NCBI GenBank assembly: GCA_938015295.1
Contig: CALLQB010000019.1
Span: 448-64,447 of the forward strand
DNA: 64,000 bases
From: an uncultured Acidimicrobiales bacterium
GTDB lineage: Bacteria > Actinomycetota > Acidimicrobiia > Acidimicrobiales > SHLQ01
Direction of reading: 5' to 3'
The notes below the pieces were generated by a model. The model searched no databases. It was not told the DNA's origin and was given only the letters and a program-made list of their open reading frames with translations. The translations under genes and the position numbers were made by a program. This document shows, piece by piece, positions 59,326 through 64,000 of the stretch. The stretch's first letter is position 1. Each line of letters opens with the position of its first letter.

Positions 59326-59793
59326 TTATGAGAGCGTGTCTTGTACCGATTGTGCCTCGACGCGATTCTTGAGTTCGTCGAGCGCCGTGTGGATGATCTT
59401 TGCCTCGGCGCGTCGCTTGACGAATCCTGGCAGCGGCACCGCAAGGTCGATGTTCAGATCGTAGGTAACTTGAGTGCTCTGCGGGTCTCCATCGACAGGC
59501 GCGAACTCATATTCGCCGTCGAGCCGTTGCATCACATCGCCTTGCATCAGCCGCCAGGAAATCCGCAACGGATTCGAGCCGTAGTTGTAGCGCAGCACGT
59601 AATGTGTGCTGCGGCCCATAGCCGCAGCTCTGAACTCGACTTCGTTGCCGCGACCGAACTCGTCAGTCGTGAGTATGGTGCTCTCTTTGATATCGGCAGC
59701 CCAGTCGGCGTAGGTGCCGTAATCGGCCGCCAGCTCGAAACAGCGTTCCGGAGTTGCAGCGATGGTGATGTGTTGCGTTGTGTGTTCAGACAT
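59326..59793 (-). CDS. SRPBCC/START (polyketide cyclase-like) family protein
   Basis: ITIAA.P...AD..Y..W; ISW.L..G; DGEY; PLPGFVKRRAE. Confidence 0.88.
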   Translation of the reverse strand: MSEHTTQHITIAATPERCFELAADYGTYADWAADIKESTILTTDEFGRGNEVEFRAAAMGRSTHYVLRYNYGSNPLRISWRLMQGDVMQRLDGEYEFAPVDGDPQSTQVTYDLNIDLAVPLPGFVKRRAEAKIIHTALDELKNRVEAQSVQDTLS

Positions 59794-59877
59794 GCCAAGT
59801 GACTCTTCGACTAAGGGTGAGCCACCGAATCTTTCGGCTCGATGACGTCTTGACGATAGCCGATGTGTGGAGATTTT

Positions 59878-60291
59878 TTAACTCGTCGACCGAGGAGTGA
59901 ATTCTCCGAACTTCGCGCCCCACAGCCCCGACACGCCAAGACCGAACATCGACACCAAGATCCCAAACGCTAACGACGTGAAGGGGCGCATCGATGCCGT
60001 GGCAAACCCGACGATGATCTGCACAGCCAACGAGGCAAGGAAGTGGTACTGCACAGACTTCGGAGCACTGCCTGCAAGAAAGTAAAGGCCACCCATGCCG
60101 ATTGCGTCGGTGCGACTTCTGTTGACTGCGACGAAGAAGGCCCAAAGGAACGCGATAATCCCGAGGCCAAAGAGCACCAGACTGACAATGGCTGCGGGTA
60201 GTTCAAAAGCGGTCACCGAAAGCGCTGCTGGCACGGCCGTTGCGGTAAACACGACGGTACCGACCCACGATATTTTTGCCAGCAGCGTCAT
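59878..60291 (-). CDS. Four-TM hypothetical membrane protein
   Basis: Four hydrophobic helices; start overlaps the GT4 stop. Confidence 0.8.
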   Translation of the reverse strand: MTLLAKISWVGTVVFTATAVPAALSVTAFELPAAIVSLVLFGLGIIAFLWAFFVAVNRSRTDAIGMGGLYFLAGSAPKSVQYHFLASLAVQIIVGFATASMRPFTSLAFGILVSMFGLGVSGLWGAKFGEFTPRSTS

Positions 60292-61424
60292 GCCGGGCGT
60301 TGCCCGAACGTGGCTAGTGCGCCCTGAAGGCGGTCGGCGAGCACGTCGTAATCAAATTCTGCGACGACGCGTTCTCGAGCGCGCATTCCCATTTGCCTGC
60401 GCAACTCGCGGTCGTCGAGCATCGCCGTGAGTTCGACGGTGAGGGCTCCGACATCATTGGGGTCAGGCAACACTGCTCCAGTGTGGCCGTGCACGACCGC
60501 CTCGTGCGATCCGCCACTTGCGCCTGCGATCTGGGGCACGCCAGTCGCGGCAGCTTCGACAAACACGATGCCGAATCCTTCCTGCTCAAGCCCAAACCAT
60601 CTCACTCTCGACATCATGGCAAACACATCGCAGCAGCCGTACAACCGGGGAAGGTCAGTGTCGGGCACGCGACCAACAAAGCGCACAGGAGCGCCGATGT
60701 CGGCGGCCAAACGTTCCAGCCGTTGCTGGTCGCGACCGGCCCCAGCGAGTACCCCGACCAGGTCTGGTCGAGTGGTGCTGAGCCGCCCGATCGCCCTGAT
60801 GAGGGTGTCGAACCCTTTGCGAGGAACGAGGCGACTTACGCCCAGGATAACTTCTGCTTCGACGGGCAGATCGAAGCTGGATCGAGCTTCGATGTGTTCA
60901 TCCGCGGTCAGCGGACGAAACCGATCGGTGTCGACGCCGGGAGGAATAATAACTGATGGTAACGAGCGTCCCGCAGCTCGTTCTGCTTCCGCTGCAGGAT
61001 ATCCGCCGGCGGCGATGACCAAGTCTGCGTTGATAAGCGTGCGGCGAAGGACGGCTCGACTGATCGGCAGCCGTCCGGGGATCGCCACCTCGGCACCGTG
61101 GAGCACAACGGCATAGGGCAGTTCTAGTCCGGGGCCAATAACTCCGAGCGGAACCGCTGGGTCCAGCACGACGAACTCGGCTTCGACTTCGCGTGCAAGC
61201 TTGTTGATGCGATGCTGCAGAATCGGATTGGGGAGCAGCACGGGTTCGGGCGACCGCTCGATGCGGAAACGTTGTTCGGCGTCGAAGTGCTCGGCGTCGG
61301 CATAGGGAGTGGTGTACACGACGACGTCATCGGGTGGCAGGCGGCGCCAGAGCTCCCACAGGTACGCCTGGATCCCGCCCAGCTTTGGTGGAAAATCGTT
61401 GGTGACAAGCAGGTGCCGAGGCAT
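60288..61424 (-). CDS. GT4 glycosyltransferase, PimB'-like (phosphatidylinositol mannoside mannosyltransferase)
   Basis: LLVTNDFPP..GGIQ, HGAE, PPGVD, SRLVPRKG, EGFGIVFVEA. Confidence 0.88.
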   Translation of the reverse strand: MPRHLLVTNDFPPKLGGIQAYLWELWRRLPPDDVVVYTTPYADAEHFDAEQRFRIERSPEPVLLPNPILQHRINKLAREVEAEFVVLDPAVPLGVIGPGLELPYAVVLHGAEVAIPGRLPISRAVLRRTLINADLVIAAGGYPAAEAERAAGRSLPSVIIPPGVDTDRFRPLTADEHIEARSSFDLPVEAEVILGVSRLVPRKGFDTLIRAIGRLSTTRPDLVGVLAGAGRDQQRLERLAADIGAPVRFVGRVPDTDLPRLYGCCDVFAMMSRVRWFGLEQEGFGIVFVEAAATGVPQIAGASGGSHEAVVHGHTGAVLPDPNDVGALTVELTAMLDDRELRRQMGMRARERVVAEFDYDVLADRLQGALATFGQRPA

Positions 61425-62545
61425 CAGACAGCCACGAAGTCGGGTCGGTCGAGTTCTTCACGAACCAGTTCGTCGGTGTCGTCAGAAACCAGGTCAACAA
61501 GATCGTCAAGGCCGAGTTCGCGAGCCGTCCACACCGCATGGGCTCGCAGCATTGGGTTGGCGGAGCGGAGGTACATCTCGGTGAGGTCACGAGCTTGGTC
61601 GGCATGGCGGCTCCCGATATTGGCAAGAACAACCAGCGCGTTTCGCCGCAGATAGTCGGGATCGCGCCGCGGGATGTACCACCGGCCGTAGGTGTCGAGC
61701 AGCGTCGCATCATCACAGGTCAACACCTGCACGAGGTCGAACCAGACCCTACTGCTTTCGCCTTCAGCGAGATCGCCGTGACGCAATCCGGACCGCTCGA
61801 CCAAACGATTTGGTGGGCACACTTCCTGGCAATCGTCGCACCCATAGAGGCGATCGGCCAACGGACGTCGAAACTCGACAGGGAAAATCCCTGTGTCCTG
61901 AACCAGCCAGGCCAGACATCGCCGCGCATCGACAACGCCGGGCGCCACAATTGCGTTTGTAGGGCACTCGTCGATGCAGCGGGTACAGCTCGCGCAACCG
62001 TCGGCAACCGGCTCAGCCGCCGCTGGCAGGGGCGCATCGGTAACAAGCGATCCAAGGACAAACCAACTCCCCTGGCCTGGCAGGAGCAAATTGGTGTTCT
62101 TGCCGTACCAACCAAGACCAGCGCGGTAGGCCGCCTCGCGGTCGACAAGTGCATTGTCGTCGACCAGGACTCTTGTCGACCAACCTTGTGCCCGAAGCAC
62201 TTCGGCGATCGCATCGAGCCCGTTGCGAAGTTTGGCGTAGTGATCGTCCCAGACATACCGGGCGGATCGTGCGTGGAGTCCAGTGGGCGAATCGGGCACA
62301 GTTTCGAGATAGCCGCGGGCCGCAACAATGAGACTTTTTGCGCCGACCAGCGCACGCGTTGGGTCAGTGGACCGGGCCGGGTTCCGGTAGGTGAACTGCA
62401 TGCCACCGTGGAGGCCCTGGGCCTTACGTTCTTCGAGATCGTTCTGCGTGCTAACAAAGGGCTCGGCTCGGGCAACGCCAACCGCATCGAGCCCATTGGC
62501 TTTGCCGACTTCGACTAGGTCTTCGACGTAGGAGTCTGGCAGCAC
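61424..62545 (-). CDS. queG: Epoxyqueuosine reductase
   Basis: ARY..DDHY, VD...DREAA.RAGLGWYGKN, GSWF.LG, CASCTRCIDECP, YGCDDCQEVCP. Confidence 0.93.
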   Translation of the reverse strand: MLPDSYVEDLVEVGKANGLDAVGVARAEPFVSTQNDLEERKAQGLHGGMQFTYRNPARSTDPTRALVGAKSLIVAARGYLETVPDSPTGLHARSARYVWDDHYAKLRNGLDAIAEVLRAQGWSTRVLVDDNALVDREAAYRAGLGWYGKNTNLLLPGQGSWFVLGSLVTDAPLPAAAEPVADGCASCTRCIDECPTNAIVAPGVVDARRCLAWLVQDTGIFPVEFRRPLADRLYGCDDCQEVCPPNRLVERSGLRHGDLAEGESSRVWFDLVQVLTCDDATLLDTYGRWYIPRRDPDYLRRNALVVLANIGSRHADQARDLTEMYLRSANPMLRAHAVWTARELGLDDLVDLVSDDTDELVREELDRPDFVAV

Positions 62546-62595
62546 CGCACGATTCTACCGGTTTGACCCGGCGAGGCTCTGCTCGGCCCCGAGCA

Positions 62596-62823
62596 CTACC
62601 GGATCTCGTGACGAAGCTCGGGAACCAAACCGGCGTTGCTGAGCATCTTGACCGCACGCATCTGGGCCAAGTCGACCACCACCGCATCGTCGGCCTCCCG
62701 TGAACAGATGAAGGTAACGACACAATCGGCGCAAACATCGGTGTTTTGGAACCGACAATCATCGCAGTCGATGGTCAGCGTGGAGGGCGACGAGTTTGGC
62801 GACTCAGGTTGCTTTTCGAACAT
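62596..62823 (-). CDS. Small Cys-rich protein (CxxC...CxxC)
   Basis: IDCDDC......CADCVV and GLVPELR resemble a small conserved actinobacterial family found near trpD. Confidence 0.8.
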   Translation of the reverse strand: MFEKQPESPNSSPSTLTIDCDDCRFQNTDVCADCVVTFICSREADDAVVVDLAQMRAVKMLSNAGLVPELRHEIR

Positions 62824-62829
62824 GACATC

Positions 62830-62851
62830 ACCTTACGTAGGGGGTGTGACA
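62830..62851 (-). promoter_or_regulatory. RecA-NDp/PafBC-type promoter TGTCAC-N10-TAAGGT, 6 nt before ATG
   Basis: Matches the TGTC..-N10-TAnnnT geometry of the actinobacterial LexA-independent DNA-damage promoter. Confidence 0.6.
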
Positions 62852-62860
62852 CCCCGGCGC

Positions 62861-63910
62861 TCACGAGGTCGTGTACGCCTGAAGCTCGACGAGTTTTGCC
62901 TGCGCTGCGCCGCTGTCGAGCGCCGCGGAAGCGGCGGCAACCCCCTCAGCGAGCGTGTCGGAAACTCCGGCCACTACCAAACCCGCACCAGCGTTCAGCA
63001 CGACGATGTCACGTTTAGGGCCAAGCGCTCCGGCGAACATTTCGCGAGCGATCGTGGCATTTACCGAAGCATCGCCACCAGCGAGTTCGGCCGGGTCGAC
63101 CCGACCAAGACCAACGGATTCGGGCGTTACTTCATACTCGTGCACCTCGTCGTCGCGCAGCTCAAAAACTGTCGTGACACCGGTAGTGGTGAGTTCATCG
63201 AGATCACCCGCCCCCGAAACCACCATCGCCCGCACGGAACCGTTTGCGGCAAGAACGTTGATCATCCTCGACGCCGCACCGGGGTCGGCGACACCAATTA
63301 CCTGGCGCTTGATTCGGCCAGGATGCGAAAGCGGTCCGAGTAAGTTGAAAACCGTCGGCACTCCCAACTCAGCGCGCACACCCGCCACAAAACGCATCGC
63401 CGGATGGAACGTGCGAGCAAACGCAAAACCTAGACCGGTGTTTTCAACACCTTTCGCAAGAACATCGGGCGCGATGTCGATGCCAACACCCAGTGCTTCG
63501 AGTAGGTCGAACGAGCCTGAGGTCGACGACGCCTTTCGGTTGCCGTGTTTACAGACCGACGCTCCGGCCCCGGCCGCAACAACCGCTGCCATGGTCGAAA
63601 CGTTGAGTGCATGACTTCGGCGGCTGGGAGCACCTCCGACACCGACGATGTCGATGGTCTGCTCGGGAAGTTCCAGTGGCGTCGCCGCTTGCTGCATAGC
63701 GCGAACCAAGCCGGTGATCTCCGGGACCGACTCGCCCTTTATTCGCAGCGCCATAATGAAACCGGCCACCTGAGCGTCGGTTGCTTCATCGGACAGAATC
63801 GATTCGAGCGCGGCTTGGGCCACCTCGCCGTCGAGGTCGTGGCCATCGCTTAGAGCGTTGAGCACGGCTGGCCATCCGCCGTGGTCTTGCAGGCTCTTCT
63901 CTTGACTCAT
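62861..63910 (-). CDS. trpD: Anthranilate phosphoribosyltransferase
   Basis: DIVGVGG, NVST, KHGNRKASS.SGS.D, FHPAMR, TVFNLLGP, DE. Confidence 0.95.
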   Translation of the reverse strand: MSQEKSLQDHGGWPAVLNALSDGHDLDGEVAQAALESILSDEATDAQVAGFIMALRIKGESVPEITGLVRAMQQAATPLELPEQTIDIVGVGGAPSRRSHALNVSTMAAVVAAGAGASVCKHGNRKASSTSGSFDLLEALGVGIDIAPDVLAKGVENTGLGFAFARTFHPAMRFVAGVRAELGVPTVFNLLGPLSHPGRIKRQVIGVADPGAASRMINVLAANGSVRAMVVSGAGDLDELTTTGVTTVFELRDDEVHEYEVTPESVGLGRVDPAELAGGDASVNATIAREMFAGALGPKRDIVVLNAGAGLVVAGVSDTLAEGVAAASAALDSGAAQAKLVELQAYTTS

Positions 63911-63942
63911 TCGCCCACCTTAGTGCGGGCGAACTGTACGAC

Positions 63943-64000
63943 TCAGGCCGAGCGTCGGCGTCGCTGACGGATGATTCGACGACGCTCGCGTTCGGTCGCT
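63943..64000 (-). CDS. 3' end of a probable WhiB-family regulator (truncated by the window edge; not in the ORF track)
   Basis: Hand translation from 63999 gives ATERERRRIIRQRRRRSA*, typical of the tail after the WhiB GVWGG motif. Confidence 0.65.
   Translation of the reverse strand, partial: ATERERRRIIRQRRRRSA

Noticed and set aside
59845-59870. Plus-strand GCCGAT (GATAGCCGATGT) as another sigma-28 promoter
   Set aside because: No credible plus-strand gene follows and no matching -35 element

Overview
High-GC actinobacterial chromosome segment, most likely class Acidimicrobiia (inferred from gene style and order). It is almost all core genome. In order: the tandem promoters and leader of an rRNA operon running off the left edge; a secreted DUF1996/DUF4038 (GH140-like) fusion; tyrS; a class A PBP; an RlmI-like methylase; argC-B-D-F-R-G-H (no argJ, proteobacterial-type argG) coupled to mpg and a Nudix gene; hisS-aspS; yajC-secD-secF-apt-rel; an inserted DUF1800/DUF1501 pair; tgt, queA and ruvCAB; MoxR-DUF58-transglutaminase; dinB; ppm; suhB; an OmpR-family two-component system with a GerMN lipoprotein; pfkA and glpK; a degenerate SMC-like coiled-coil protein; pimB'-like GT4, queG, trpD and the 3' end of a whiB gene. 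I found no CRISPR array, transposase, integrase or tRNA. The strongest unexplained signal is a shared sigma-28 (FliA/WhiG)-like leaderless promoter in front of uncharacterised genes: a RodZ-like HTH-membrane protein, the motif-dead SMC-like protein, and possibly a third small protein. Also notable are a TGT lacking its zinc cysteines, a PafBC-type promoter before a small Cys-rich gene, pervasive leaderless starts, and convergent-gene spacers built from tandem duplications spanning stop codons. All assignments come from reading motifs by eye; no searches were run.
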